Origin: Octopus vulgaris
Taxonomy: Eukaryota
Length of the DNA stretch: 64,000 nucleotides
Direction: 5' to 3'
Assembly (NCBI GenBank): GCA_951406725.2
Contig: OX597820.1
Location: 64,294,001-64,358,000 of the forward strand
Shown here: positions 40,285 to 56,399 of the stretch, one piece after another
Position numbering within the stretch: position 1 is the stretch's first letter
Layout of the letters: every line of letters begins with the position of its first letter
Notes under the pieces: model-generated
The model's database searches: none
Told to the model about the DNA's origin: nothing
What the model saw: the letters and a program-made list of their open reading frames with translations, nothing else
Position numbers and translations under genes: made by a program

Positions 40285-41635
40285 TACACATATATATATG
40301 GAGTGTGAGTACATGTATGCATGTGTGTACCTATTATATATATATATAGAGAGAGTGATTTCACGATAACATGCAATTTATTAACGACCAAACCTTTTTT
40401 TTTTAATGTCTCCACACATACTTATGCGATTGCGTTCACATCCATCTATACACAGACTAATCCCATTGATACGCACTCATGCACATACGCACGCATGTGT
40501 GATATGAATGTGTATGTGTATTTGTATGTGTACGTGTGGGCGATTTATGGACTATTCACACGGTTGAAGAAAGGAATCGTATCCACCCTAAATAAGGAAG
40601 AAATATTCGTTAAACATCGGAATAAGATTAGTCATCGAGATTAGTCACTGGCCCTGTAACGATCATCCCGTCTCGATAATAAAAAAAATCATTAGATTAT
40701 GCATAATCCATTCAGCATACCAAGTGTTTCCCATCCTGTGGTGCTAGCACCTCCCGAGAAGGCTAAACTCTAAAATCTGTGTGGAGCTGGGAATTCAAAT
40801 TAATTTCACCTTATTTGGATTGCCACACCAAAACATTTAAGGAGGGTATTTGCAGATCTCGACTTGTTAGGAAAGTGATGCAGCACTTCGAAAAGTTCTT
40901 ATTTGATTATATGCAGAACATGTGTTGATCTGTTAATCAATATTAGCTCTATTTTATGTATTGAGCATTTCTTTCATTCGTAAACAAGCGTTCCTCACTC
41001 AATCAATATCCTATTTATGCATATAGACGCATATATAAACAAACACACACGGACACACAATATTTTACGCTTTTATTTTTTCATTGTTTTACATGTTTCA
41101 GTCATTTGAATGCGGCCATGCTGGAGCATCACCTTATTTAGTCGAAGAAATCGACCCCAGGACTTATTCTAATCCTAGTACTTATTCTGTTGGTATCTGT
41201 TGCTGATCCGATAAGTTACAGTTTTTTAAACACACTAGCACCTATTGCCATGCGTTGATGGGGGATGGCAAACACACACAGAGACACACACACACGCACA
41301 TGTATATATATACATGTTACGGATTAGAGTATGGGAAATCCGGACAACTCGTTTTTGTTCGTAGGTGGTAAATCCTTAAGCGACAAGTTTAATTTCATTT
41401 TCTCCATTTCTGTGTCTTGCACACATATAGCGTCTTCTAGAATAAGAACAAGTGATACATAAATATAGGATCCAGCGATTGAGGTGTAGGAAGAAATCTA
41501 TAGTGAATATAAAAAAAACAACTTTCATGAAGAATGGTGGTTTATTGAGACGAGAAGTTGCAGATTTTTTCCTTTATCGAAGAACGATGAGCTGGAAAAA
41601 AGTTCTTTTCACATCACGTTCCTCTGTAGCCCGTC

Positions 41636-41761
<126 letters not shown>

Positions 41762-42467
41762 CCTGTTTGAGTAATTTACTCATTTTGAATATGCATGCTT
41801 ACTCACTTTGCCTATTAGTTATTCAGCTCTGATGGTATGAGTTTGGCTTTTATCGTGAAGACCACTGGAGCAGACTGAACTCTCCGTAGCGCTGTTTGTT
41901 AATAGTTTAGCGTACCCAAAACGCCTGCTGAATGTTCATGTAAATTACAGCCTAACCGGTTTCATAACCTTTGTTATTCACCGTATGTACGAACGTATAT
42001 ATGTATGTGTCTCTCTTCATACGCATACGCATATACACTAACACACATACACAAGGTGCCACACAGCGGGTCTGAACTCAGAACTATGTGGTTGGGAAGC
42101 ACATACTCGCGCACACACATACACACACACACATACACACACACACACACAAATTATTAAGGTGGCCATTCGCAATTTTTGCAACTGAAAGGCAACGGGT
42201 ATAGTCGCCCATAATGTGACGGAGTGTGATAGAAATAAGAGTCGGAAGATCTCTTAGCCACGTAAGAGCAATTTTCTGACAACTGACAAGGGAAACGAGC
42301 TTCCTACGGTAAGCGAGATCGAATCATATCAACGCTGATTTCATATTTGATTAATCTTCCTCAGTGACACATTACTCCGTCGCCGAGAGTCAAAAAGCTC
42401 AACTCACCTTGCCAGTTTTATAGAGAACATCATAGGAAACATTGAGTGATTCCGAGAACAGTACGTA

Positions 42468-42499
<32 letters not shown>

Positions 42500-44324
42500 C
42501 ATATATATCTATATATATATGTATATACAGAAATACACACACACATATATTCTTTACGTGCAGAAGATCATTAGAAGCACTGATACGTGATCTGGTTTAA
42601 TGTCACTACTTTCGTATAATTAGCGAAATTCACTCTAGTGCAAACAGTCTCCGGTTTGAGTATAAATTTTCCTCTTTCTTCAACGGATTTGAAAATTCTT
42701 TGAGATATGATCATGATGCAATGATTTTATCTCTGTGACTAAACCTAAAGAGTACTCACATTACATCCGCATCTCCTCACCGTCTTCGAAAACGGAAGAC
42801 ATGTTCTATAATATAGTTAATACAGCTCAGTTTAATGAATGCCTCTATAAAGACGGTTTGGCACACGCGCTGAGTCGACGGTCATCATTTGTCTCCAGCA
42901 TCTGTGTTGACTGCGTGATAAATAAGAACACGACTAAAAATGAGATATCCATGCAAGTTGTATACATCGGGTGTGGTATAACATTCCTCAATCCAATGTA
43001 GTTGTAATCAATATGCAATTGCTGTTATTGTTGTTATTGATGTTTAACGCCCTAAGAACTCACCCTATTAAGCCGATTCATATTTAAACTTATTACCTTT
43101 CTGGGCATGACGCTTAACTGGCATTTCGTCCATCTTTACGCTATACGTTCATAATTTCACCGAGCTCGACTTTGCTTTTCTTCCTTTCGTGGTCGATGAA
43201 ATAAGTACCAGATGAGCATAGCCGTCTTTGTAATGGACCAGCCTCTTCTCCTAAAATATGCATGGCCTTATGTCCATAACAGAAAAGGTTATGACTACCT
43301 ACGAAAGTATCAATCAATTGCATCATTTGAGAGAGTATGATATCACTAGGATGATATTTAGCTGTTATATACAGTAAGTCGAGTCAGCAAGTACAATGGT
43401 TTGTACGAGCATTATTCAAATGCCCAACATCTTTTTAAATGTATAATATTTTGTAGCCAAAACTGCTAGCATGCAATTATGTGAAATATCATGAATACTG
43501 GAATTGGTACACAAGAGAGACAGCAAATCCCAAGTCTTTACCCGAAAATATGTAACTATTTGATTATTTCCCAACGTGCGCATTTTTAGTGGTTTTATCA
43601 AAATAAGAGGCGGCATCACACAAAGTCGGCAGTACTTACTGGAGAATATAGCTAGCTTTAATGTTTAAAATGAAATTATTAATCTACATATTTTTTGGCT
43701 AAATTTGATTTTTGATATGTTTTACTATACAATTAAAGTGAAATAGGATTTTTGTGAAACATTTCCGCCATATGTTTGCAGCAAAACTATAACAGTTTAA
43801 TGTGTTTATGGGATACAGAGCATAAAGGAAAAAAAAAATTGTTTACTGCCTACTATGAATTTTATGAAAGAAATATAAAAACAAAAACACATGACAAAGT
43901 AGGAAATATTATATATAACAATATAATTCGAGAACATTTTCGAAATTACTTCTGTGTCATGTCACGTGCTTTTAAAACTTTGGAGACGTGGAAATCGATT
44001 ATAAACCATTTTGTCTTTGTCGTGCCGTTGTTGTTGTTGTTGTTGTAGTTGATGATAATGCTAACGACAACGACGACGACGACTACGACGATGATGATGA
44101 TGATGATAATGATGATGTTATTTCTGTTGATGTTTTGCGGCTATTTGTTCCTTATTTGTTGTTCTACTATTTGTTTAGCTCCAAGTCAGCTACAAATGAG
44201 CAAACCTTTTTGATGGAAGACGTTCTAGCCTTGACCATCCTGCCTTTTGGTTTCTAAGCATAATTAACATGTCCCTATGACACATTCATCCTATGTGATG
44301 ATAACCTTCCATTAAGAAAAGATG

Positions 44325-44495
44325 ATAGGGTTGAAATTTGTGAGCTTTGGCTGCTAGTTCCATCATCAGCAATTTTGTCACAGATGCTCTCTCAGCTGAG
44401 GAATGAGCCCTGCGTTGTAAAATGGTTCTTGCAACGAATGGCACTGGTGATTGACCTCAGCAACACCTTTGCAATTATGTCTATGAGCTGTAGCT
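44325..44495 (+). mobile_element. Possible CRE/NeSL-like LINE endonuclease C-terminal remnant
   Basis: VEIC..W...LSQLRNEPCVVKWFLQRMALVIDLSNTFAIM resembles the (FL.QR.S.AIQRGNA) end motif of RLE retrotransposons. Confidence 0.35.
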
Positions 44496-45239
44496 ACACC
44501 CGCAGTTTTTTCTGGGGTGCACAACCCATTCCTCCCTCCCTCATCTTTTGCTGCTTAGTTCTGCATTTTCTTTTCATTTGCTTCCTTAATGAGGTTGTAT
44601 GTTTCTTTTGGGCGGGGTCATTGTCAAAATAATTTCATCTTTTATACTTTAAATGTCTTACTTCTTATCTTCCTGTGCAAATATGTTAATAAAACATTTG
44701 GCGCCATATTTACAAGATTTACAAGATTCAGATAAATAGACACAGATTCGTACGTAAAACCATTTCAGTTTTGTGGTTGATCTTGTTCTTCTCGTTTCGA
44801 AGTTTTTAATTTACTTAATGTTGTGAGTACTCAGGTCACATCTAACTAAACAGAAATACCCTTAAAGAAATAGCAGTTGTAGCTATCTCTTATTGTGCAC
44901 CGCAAACTATTTCGTCCAACATGTCTATCTTTAAGACTGTAGGGTCTTGATATTGCCAATAGTCAAATGATAATGGATAGTTTTCCTCCTTAGCTGGTTA
45001 CAAACCATGTAATGTATTTAATGTTAATTTGACACAAGGTGGGAATTTGAACTTAAAACACCAAGTCGGACGAAATGTCGCTAAGCATTTAGCCCGCCCG
45101 TGCTAACGATTCTGCCAGGTCGCTGCAGTTGTAATATAAGTAATATTAGCTCAAAATATATACATTTATATATATATGCATTTTTATATGCACATGTATA
45201 TACATACGTAATATTTATTCTCTCCAGCAGCGCTTTGAG

Positions 45240-45480
45240 TCTTACAACGCATAGATTCACTGGAACACCACACTTCCTTTTCCTCAACATTGTTTAACAT
45301 TACCCCCAAAAAAATCAAAGAAGAAAACGATCCCATCAATTTCAAAAGAAAGCTGGACACATTTCTTTAAGGGATACCAGATAAGCTACCTATATACCTT
45401 AATACATCTCAGTCGACTGCTAGTCCTCACTTGCGTGTGACACTATAGCACAAAATATGAATTAAAACTGGCTTAACACA
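45240..45480 (+). mobile_element. CR1/L2-like LINE 3' remnant
   Basis: LFNITPKKIKEENDPINFKRKLDTFL*GIPDKLP matches the CR1-type ORF2 C-terminus pattern. Confidence 0.55.
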
Positions 45481-45524
45481 TCCTATCAGGAATCTAGGCC
45501 AATGTAATGTGTATATATATATAC

Positions 45525-45580
<56 letters not shown>

Positions 45581-45659
45581 TGACAGACAGATATAGTTAG
45601 TGTTCACAGAAGATATCCGGATATTTTCTGTATAAAATACGCTCAGTAGTACTCAAAAG

Positions 45660-46066
45660 AGCTGGCAGAAACGTTAGCACCCCGGGCGAAATGCGTAGCC
45701 GTATTTCGTCTGCCGTTACGTTCTGAGTTCAAATTCCGCCGAGGTCGACTTTGCCTTTCATCCTTTCGGGGTCGATCAAATATGTACCAGTTACGCACTG
45801 AGGTCGATATAATCGACTTAATGCGTTTGTCTGTCCTTGTTTGTCCTCTCTGTGTTTACCCCCTTGTGGGTAGTAAAGAAATATGTATTTCGTCTGCCGT
45901 TACGTTCTGATTTCAAATTCCGCCGTGGTCGACTTTGCCTTTCATCCTTTCGGGGTCGATCAAATAAGTACCAGTTACGCACTGGGGTCGATGTAATAGA
46001 CTTAATCGGTTTGTCTATCCTTGTTTGTCCTCGCTATGTTTAGCCCTTTGTGGCCAATAAAGAAAT
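45660..46066 (+). mobile_element. SINE head-to-tail dimer (family of 10328-11102)
   Basis: First unit has the head. The second restarts at tatttcgtctgccgttacg after the tail gtaaagaaata. Confidence 0.85.
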
Positions 46067-46534
46067 ATATATATCTATATATTATGTATGCATGTGTGTC
46101 TATATGTATGTATGGATGTACGTATGTTTGTATGCATGCCTCTACGTATATATGTGTGCATATTTCCATGAGCATTTGCGTATTATTTCTCATCAACATC
46201 TGTTTCTGTTCGCCACGCCACATTATTTACGCGGCGCCATATAGTACAAGGTATTTCATTCAGTATATCAGCTTAATCTGGCGACATGAACGGGATAAAC
46301 AAGATGGCGCTATCTATGCGTTTGTATCCCTGTATGAAAGATATTTTTCTTCTCCCTATTCTGTATTATTAATGCTCTGCTAATTATTAGTTTTGATGAC
46401 TGCCTTTATTGTTATCGTTGATCAGATCCATTCCCTTGTTTCTTGTTTAAACCTTTTATTTGTTTGTTTGTTTGCTTCGCCTGGATTTCGTCTTTGTACT
46501 CTCCTTGGAGTCTTGAAGATAAAAGAATTGTCTA

Positions 46535-46945
46535 TAATGATCATCATCATCATCATCATCATCATCATTATAATCGTCATCATCATCATTATCATCATTA
46601 TCAACATCGTCATCGTCATCATCATCGTCGTCATCGTCGTCGTCATCATCATCTTTATCATCATCAACATCATCATCGTCAACATCATCCTCATTATCTG
46701 CATCACCAACGGCGTCATCATCATCATCATTATCATAATCATCATCATCATCGTCGTTATCACCACAACCACCACCGCCACCATCACCACTACCGCCACC
46801 GCCATCACCACCGTCGCCGCCACCACGACCACTACCACCAACCACCACCACCACCGCTACCGCCGCTATGCCACCACACCATCACAACCACCTTCATCAT
46901 CATCATCCCCATCCCTCCTCCTCCTCCTCATCATCATCATCATCA
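46535..46945. repeat. (CAT)n/(CAC)n low-complexity tract
   Basis: Direct inspection. Confidence 0.9.
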
Positions 46946-48606
46946 TTGACGTCGTCGTAACCGCTTGCTTTTGCTGTGAAGTAGGCATCAGTGCTTTACA
47001 GTATGTTGGATTTCTTCGCGGTGAAAAACGTGGTGAAGTTTAATTTTTTATGCTCATCTTTTGCATAATCTGGATAGAAATTATTTCTGCGTGTTTTCTC
47101 TGTTTAGGGAAATAAGACATTAATTTGTGAAACACTTTTTTCCACCCGTTAATGAACAACATGGATACTTCATGTAAAAACGCCTGTTAAAGCATGAACG
47201 AAATCAAAAATGTTTTTGTTTCTGTTTTCTTTTGCGGGGAGGTTCTAGTTTCTGTTATTTTTTCCTTTTTTGTGTGTGTGTTACAGAATGTAAAAAAGGA
47301 AGAAAAAGAGACTAAATTCAATTTCTCTGTAGAGTTCACGCCATTCAACAATACAAGGTAAAATAGTTTACTGAAAGAAAAGTACCAGTATCATCTTGAA
47401 CAACTTAAAAGAAAATATATACGTTAAGAACGACAACAGCAATAATATGAAAGCATTTTGTCAAAAGAAGAAAGACTGAGAAAACTGAACTACGCGATAA
47501 ACAAAATAATTACAACCCTTCTTTCTGGCAACATAATAGCTAATAAACCTGTTCAAATCATGAATTATCTATTTGGAAAATGCGTTTTTTAGTTTCAAAT
47601 ATATCTACGTAAGAAAAAATGTGCACCCTTACTTCATCATTTAATTGAACAGCGAGAAAAGGAAACAATGCTCTATATATCGGAAGCTACATAGCCTTTT
47701 GTGTAACTATGAAAAATGCAATTGCAGATAGCATTTACAAACATGTAGAGAGCTATCCCTTACAGTGGCCGGAAAGTAAAGATGAAACCGAAATAAAAGC
47801 CGGGATGACGTATTATACGCCTTTTTAGAAGCTCAAACCTTCATGAAACTGGATCATGTTGACTGCCAACTTTGAACTTTACAAGGAAATGACAAGCATC
47901 GAGATCATCTGAGAGCTTCGCAGGGCTCTCACATCATGTTCCTTTATCAGTTCTACACATTGATTATGCCGACATTTCCTTTTATGCGTTTAAGCACGCT
48001 CTAAAGAAAGCTTTGATACGTCCATTGCAGGGCAAAAACCCCGGATCAACACGATTTGTTTTTGTGTTTTTCCATCCTAAAGGACCGAAAGACAGTGCAG
48101 CAGAATTTAAATAACAAAAGTAAGAAGTTTTCAGAAGACACCATCGGCTGTAAATTAAGAAGCGACGGGTTGATAGACCACTTAGGTCGTCATTAAAGCT
48201 CATGCTGCGATCCAACCTTCCGACTCAATCTCAACAGTCGGGAAACAGCTGCTGAAATCGAATAGCACGCTGTCAGAATAGGATGAAAAGACCGAATTAT
48301 TTGTTGCTTTGTTGTACTGCTTTCATACTAACATGTCGAACAGTTTTCATTCCTTCGTGTTCGAGAGCACACATCTTCGCTTTGTCAACGCAGCATAATG
48401 CTTCACCTTGAAGAGCAGATGTGTGTGTGTGTGTGGGGGGGGGTCTCGTTCTGCATGCAGTCAGTCACGCTGCTTTTTCTAATCTCCTGTTTTACGTTTA
48501 CTACTTGGCATATCTCTAATCTGTTTTTTTCTATATCACTAATTCTTTGCTACACAAGATCTCTTTCACTTTGCGAGCGACATTTGTGTGTAAAGATGGA
48601 TGGAAT

Positions 48607-48638
<32 letters not shown>

Positions 48639-48660
48639 TATATGTATGTATGTATGTATG

Positions 48661-48694
<34 letters not shown>

Positions 48695-51650
48695 TGTATC
48701 ATCTGGATTATTCAATACTCTCAATCCAGTATGTGGTCGCAGTTGCTGATGTGTGTTGGTAAAAATACCTATCAAAATTCAGAATAGTGGAAATATTATT
48801 TCCAGAATTATTGTATTAGAAAACAAGAAACTGGATACCACTTTCTTGTTGTGTTATACGTATGTATGTATGTATGTATGTATGTATGTATGTATGTATG
48901 TATGTATGTATGTATGTATGTATGTATGTATGTATGTATGTATGCATGCATGTAAATATCCCTGTGTGTATACATTTATGTATAAATGTAAGTATTGTGG
49001 CTGTGTATATTTTCCTTTTGCCTTCCATTCCTAAATTTTCACCTCTCATACGATTCTGTTTCCCACGTTTGCGAACATAATTCCGTTGCAAATTAATGCA
49101 GTGTTATGTTATCTAACAAACCACGTTATCAATACCCAAGTGTGGTCGCAGTCGAGACAATGTAACCAGTTAAGTAACGAAAGAAAAATTTCTTGAAGGA
49201 GTTCTATCCTCAAGTGAGATTTAACTGCAATTTAAAAATATTTCATCACCTTACCATTCTTCGTAAACTTTTAATCACGCCATATTCTTCATATTTCAGC
49301 ATAAAATTAAAGCTGAATAGGAGAGATTTTAATGTAACAAAGATATGGTTTTAATGTTTAAAATGAAAGTATTTAAAACGTAATACGAATTACATTTTAA
49401 TGTTTAGAATATCTAAATACACTTTTCATTATCTTTAAATGGAGTTGAAACAACTTAAAAAACGTAAACAAGCTCACATTCACTCTCTCTCACTCTCTCT
49501 CTCTCACACACACACACACATACATACACACAGTCATATATATATACACAGACACAGGCGCAAGTACACGCACACTGACATACACACTCATATACACACA
49601 CATACTCATACACGCATATGTAATTGCTCAGCATGCACACAAATATATATATACATACACACCCACATACAAACATACATACACACGTACACACACACAC
49701 ATAAATACATACATACACAATCATAATTGTGTGAACTCACAGAAACATACACGCATATAAATTCTTACAATCCACACATATAGACACCCGCACACAAACA
49801 CACACATACACGCGTGCACGTACGCACATACACACGTACACACTTAATTGTTTACAATAAATGAGACGGAAAGTGCGGTTTCATTTCAAATGTTTATTCT
49901 TCTGTTTTATTAAAACTATAATGTTTTTCATTTGATCTTTACAATCAAATTTATGAAAGGGAAGCAGGATAAGATAAATACAATATCATTCGAAAGAAAC
50001 TACGAATATTTGAAAGATATTAAAATATTAAAATATATTTAATACAACATATATAGATTTGAAAGTAAATATTACAATTCCCTTAGACAACATGGAAATT
50101 TTGTTCACAAATTTCGAAAATTTACTTGTTCCACACGGTTGCTTTGCAATAGTACAGAAGTTAAACCAAAAAAGAAAATTTTTTTTCAAAAAATACTTCG
50201 GAATATTTTATCAGTTAAGGTAAATATATTCGAGAGAACTTATTGATTTTTTTAAAAAAATCATTACACGGCAAAATATATTGCTGTGAAGGAACAGTCA
50301 ATTATACCGACCCTGGTACCATGACTGATACGTCTTTTTTGATCGGACCTAAGAAATACCAATAGATAAGTTCCCTTCAGTAGGAATTGAACTCTGATTT
50401 TACTGACACTCCGTCAGTTACGTCAAAGACTCTTCCAGTTTTTCCAGTCAACGGAAAAGTCTGCTCGAGAAATTAACATGCACGTGGATGAGCACTCCAC
50501 CGATTTCGTGTACATTCAAAGTAGTTCCTATGGAGGATCAGTCTGACATACAATGTGGCAAGGCCGGCTCATTGAATTACAGGTACAACTAACTTTTGTC
50601 AGCTGAGTGAACTGGAGCAACATGAAATAAAGTGCCCTGTTCAAGGACACAACGCGCCGCCGTATAACGAATATAGTAGAAGACACTTGCCCAAGTTGCT
50701 ACGCAGTGGGACTGAACCCGGAACCATGTGGGTGGTAAGCAAGCTACTTACCACACAGCCACTCCCACGCGCTGACACAACCCCACTACATCTACACATA
50801 TTTTTATATACACATCAATATTCGTAGAATAGAATCTTTACCGCGCCGGAAAAAATGTTAAGCAGCAATTCTTTCGACATTACATTCCATGTTTACATGC
50901 CACTGGTGTCGCCATTGCCTTTGATCATTTGGGAGCCATTAACCGCTCTTCTAAAAATGCTGGCCTTGTGCCAACATTTGAAACCATTTTTATTTCCTAA
51001 AATGTTTAAGTAATTTTAATATATGTAACTGGAAACCGTTATTCTGTCAATTTCTAATCAGAATGAAATGGTGCATTATATAATCATGTATTCGATGCAA
51101 TAACATTTTCTTTTCAAAGCTCTAATCCTTGCAAATAATATGTAAAAATAATTATCCGTCTTAGATTTGCTTGCACCAGGAAACACGTGTTTGAAATATG
51201 GGATGTGGGAAACGTGATTACAACGACTCTAGTGCTAACTGGTACTTATTTTATGGACCCTGAATGAATAAATGGCAAACTCGACTTCGGCGGATTTTTA
51301 ATTCAGCACGTAGACTCAAATGAAACGTCACTATACATTTTGCACGGCGTGCAAACGATTCTGCCTGTTCATCAGATTCCGCGTTTGAAATATTTACTAT
51401 TTGTCTCTATGGTAAAATATACATGACAACGGTTAAACATTGAACGGAAAGATCGTTCATTTCTTTTCATGGAGAGCAGCACGGCTTCAAGGAAAAATGT
51501 TGACAATGTCTTTGAAAGCAATGCTCCTTTGCTGTTGTCATGATATCTCTGGAAAGTTTTGAAGACACTTTCAAAATTTTCCTCTATGAATATGTGAGTA
51601 TATGTGTGTGTATATCTATATACAGATAGATAGCGTATACATTTATGTAA

Positions 51651-51697
<47 letters not shown>

Positions 51698-51867
51698 TAA
51701 ATCATATATATATATATATAGAATATATATATTTAATACATATATACATATACACATATACATATTATTATATATACATTCATATAAATGTACAAATATA
51801 TATATGTATTTATGTATATATATATATATATATATACTTGTATATGCGTGTGTGTATGTTTGTGTGC

Positions 51868-51904
<37 letters not shown>

Positions 51905-52267
51905 CTATTTCATCGCGTAATCTATATATTTAATCTAAACTTCATATTTGATAAATTTTTGAAAAATACAACAGAGAAATTTTATTGAATATCCGTTCAC
52001 ATTGATATTTCCATAGAAGAATAATATCAATAATGTTATATAAACATTTGACCTTTATAAACTACCACCTACCATTTTCAATTTAAACCTTCCATAGTTC
52101 ATTGAACAAGAATTCTTTAAACCGCGGCGTTATTTCAGTAAAGGAACATAAAACCCAGAAAATACAATAACACCTTGTAAATAACTCCTTACGTGTGCGC
52201 ATGCGCGAGTATACACACTGCGTTATTTATATACATGTATACACATACGTATGTATATTCATATATT

Positions 52268-52298
<31 letters not shown>

Positions 52299-52405
52299 TT
52301 ATAAAGGAAGAAATATATATATGTATATATAAAGATATATGTGTGTATGTATGAGCGTGCGTGTATGTGCATATATGTGCATTTCTATATATATGCGTAT
52401 CTATC

Positions 52406-52460
<55 letters not shown>

Positions 52461-52549
52461 GTTTATATATATACATATGTGTGCGTATGTATTTATATAT
52501 AAATGTGTGCGTAAATATATATATATGTTTATATATATATTTGTGTATG

Positions 52550-52616
<67 letters not shown>

Positions 52617-53369
52617 AGGGTGGCTGTGGTGCTGGATGAGAAGAGAGTGGCAAGGCAGACTAAAAGACAGACAGACATACAGACAGACTGCTAAGTGCAG
52701 AGTAATAGAGAGATAGACTAGATAGATAGATGTTCATGCATTATATATGCAAGACACTGTGTGTGTGTGTGGGGGGGGTGAGAGAGTATATATGTGTACT
52801 TGCGTGCATTTATGTATGCATGTGCTTATGTGTGCTCGTATGTCGACATACATCTTAATTCATGTGAATGTGTTCCCGTAGAGATAAAGGAAACTATGCG
52901 CATGCGTGTGCTAATAACTATGGCTACCTCAAAAATACGGAGAGACGAATAGGTAAATAGATAGATAGATAGATAGCGAGAAATGTGGGGGTAAATGAAA
53001 AGGAGAAAGAGAGACGAAGAGAAGTTGAAATAGATTATTAGTGCGCTTGCACTAGCTTGGCTCAATGGAACCATCAGTTCGAAAACACATTCTTTCTCAA
53101 AATTTGCTAATCCTCTTTTATATAGGTTTTTGTTGAAAATGTTTGCGATTCTTTTAATAGTTGTTGTTGTTTTTTTGATCGTTTTTATTCTTGATGATGA
53201 GTAGGAGGATGTTGTTGGTCGTGTTTTGTTGAAGTTATCGATGACAATGGCGCCGATAATGAGGACGGCAGTGACGATGCTGGAGATGATTGGGTTTACC
53301 GACGATGCTCTCGTTTGTGAGGACGAGCTTTGCTAAAAAGGTCTAACGATGTTTTATGTTGAGGATGAT

Positions 53370-53449
53370 GACGACGACGGGGGTGAGGATGATGATGATG
53401 ATAATGATGATGATGATGACGATGACAAAGACGTTGATGAATAACGATG

Positions 53450-53487
<38 letters not shown>

Positions 53488-53628
53488 AAAGATGATGATG
53501 ATAATGTGAATGGTACGTGAATGGTGATGGAATTGAGTATTTTGACGTCGACGATAAGAACAAATGATGTTGATGATGATGACGATGATGAAGTTGACTG
53601 CCATGTCGCTTGTGTTGATAATACTGAT

Positions 53629-53679
<51 letters not shown>

Positions 53680-53905
53680 CAGCAGTAGTAGGTGGCAGCC
53701 GCTGCAGCAGCATGAGTAGCATTAGTAGTAGTAGTATTAGTCGTAGTAATAGTGGTAGTAGTAGTAGTAGTAGCAGTAGTAGTAGGTGGCAAGCGCTGCA
53801 GCAGCATCAGTAGCATTAGTAGTTGTAGTATTGGTCTTAGTAATAGTGTTAGTAGTAGTAGTATTAGTAGTAGTAGTGGTAGCCGCTGCAGCATCAGCAG
53901 TAGTG

Positions 53906-53960
<55 letters not shown>
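53370..53960. repeat. (GAT)n and (TAG)n tracts
   Basis: Direct inspection. Confidence 0.9.
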
Positions 53961-54722
53961 AGTTACAAAGTGTTGTTATGAAATATGAGAAATAAAGGAA
54001 ATTATTACAAATATTATGGTGGAAAGATGTTTGAAGTGGTGTTTGTGTTGATGGTGGCGGTGACAGTGTTGGTGGCACCGCTCGTAGGTGGGCGACTGTG
54101 GTTGTGGTTCCGGTGACAGTGGTTGCGACAGTGATGGTGGAAACGAAGACGTTAATGAGGTTGTAGAGCGAGAAGATTATGCCAATGTCAGCAACAATAA
54201 CGTCGACAACATCGACAACACATATGAGTGGCAATGATAAGTTGTTACCGTCGACCAACTTGCCTTCTTTACAATGCATATGTAATCAATACAGCTTAAA
54301 GCGGTGACAATAGTCGTGAGTCATCTTACCCACTGAGATTTGACCTTTGCGATCGCAGAGAATTTTGGGGTAAATTCTATGTAAGTAATATACTAAATTA
54401 TCTTTGTTTGGTGCCATAGTGTGGAGAATTCTCAATTTTTAAGAATCATTATTAACTCTGATTTTTATTGTTACCTGTGCAAATATTAATTTTCTGTTTC
54501 TCTAATCAAGATCTAAACGACAATTCCCTCACGTGTGCTCATTGTGTTCAAGAATACAAATACATATTGAGAGATATGTGAATGTGTGAGAGTATATATA
54601 TGTATGTATGTATGTATGTATGCATGTATGTATGTATGTATATATATGTCTGTGTCTTTGTGCGTGTGTGTATATGTATGTATATATATATGTGTGTGTG
54701 TGTATTTACGCACTTGCTCATA

Positions 54723-54763
<41 letters not shown>

Positions 54764-54792
54764 GCTGTGTGGTAAGTAGCTTGCTTATCAAC

Positions 54793-54837
<45 letters not shown>

Positions 54838-54939
54838 TAGGATAAAATTTTTCGAAAATAATTTTATCAAAGGCCAGCATATCAAAAAATACCTTCAAAG
54901 GTTAATTTTATAAACAAGGGCAAAAGAAGTATATAAACA

Positions 54940-55063
<124 letters not shown>

Positions 55064-55086
55064 TATATACATACATACATATATAC

Positions 55087-55388
55087 AGCGTGATTGAAAA
55101 ATTGTCATACATAGGAACGATTTATTTTTTTTATAAGAAACAGTTTATAAGAGGATTTTATTTTATTTAACAGGCTCTATACGGTTACCATTGTTTTGAA
55201 TACACATTGCAATACGTTTACCCCACTCACTGTGAACTCGTAATTGCACATTTGGTGATACGTGTGCAAAGGTGTTGGTGATGCGTTCCTTCAAATGATT
55301 TATGTCTTATATATTTCCGCTGTACGCCATGCCTTTCAAATGTCTACAGATAGAAGTCAATAGGGGTCAGAAGAGAGGTTCTAGGGGA
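55087..55388 (-). mobile_element. 3' remnant of a Tc1/mariner-superfamily transposon (DD41D-like)
   Basis: Minus-strand frames give LTP(I)DFYL..HLKGMAY...INHLKERITNTFAHVSPN...RIAMCIQNNGNRIE. Terminus TA|cagcgtgattgaaaaattgtc. Confidence 0.6.
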
Positions 55389-56399
55389 TCTTACAACCGA
55401 TGCTGGCGTGTTTACGTCCACGTAGGTTAGCGGTTCGGCGAAAAAAACCGAGGGAATAAGTACTAGCCTTGCAGAGAATAGGTCCTGGCTGTGCTCCAGC
55501 ATGGCCGCTGTCAAATGACTGAAACAAATAAAAGAAAAAAATTAAAAGAATACACACACATACATATATGGGGGGTTTGCGCGACGCTGTGGCTAAAAGT
55601 GTGTGTATGTATCATTGTGTGTTTATATTATTGTTATATCATTGTGTGTTTATATTATTGCATGTATATGTATTCTTTCCTTTGTCTTTCACTTGTTTCA
55701 GTCATTTGACTGCGGCCATGCTGGAGTACTGCCGTTAGTCGTGCAAATCGACCGCAGGACTTATTCTTTATAAGCCTAGTACTTATTCTATCGGTCTCTT
55801 TAGCCGAACCGCTAGGTTACGGGGAAGTAAACACACTAGCATCGGTTATCAAGTGATGTTGGGGTACAAACACAGACACACAAACATATACATACACCCA
55901 CACACACATATATATATATATATACATATATACGACGGGTTTCTTTCCATCACCTTGAAGAATTTTTAATCGAATAAATCGGCCCCAGTACTTTTGTTAT
56001 TTAAGGCTGGTATTTTTTTCTATCGATAGCTTTTGCCGAACCCCAAGTTACTGGTGCGTAGCCTTTGCTTTAAAATGTTTTCGGTATGAATTATCCTTAA
56101 TAACATGATTTCATCATTCAAAACACGTCCAAAATTTCTCCACCAATTGATTCCCGAAAGGCATTTTCCTTCATTTTAGCACCTGTTTCCTCGTAAATAT
56201 GCCCAGTATTGTTACAAGACATGCCTCTCTTCTCTTGTCTCCGAGCCATTCAACCAATCATTTTTGCAAGCTGGTTGCTTTTCGTTAAGAAGCTGTTTAC
56301 TGATTGACGTGTTACCCACCTATATTTCATTCATCCTCCTTAGCGAAATGTAGCTCTCTGAGCGCACATACTTCTAATGGTTGTACAGTCATTCCTGTG

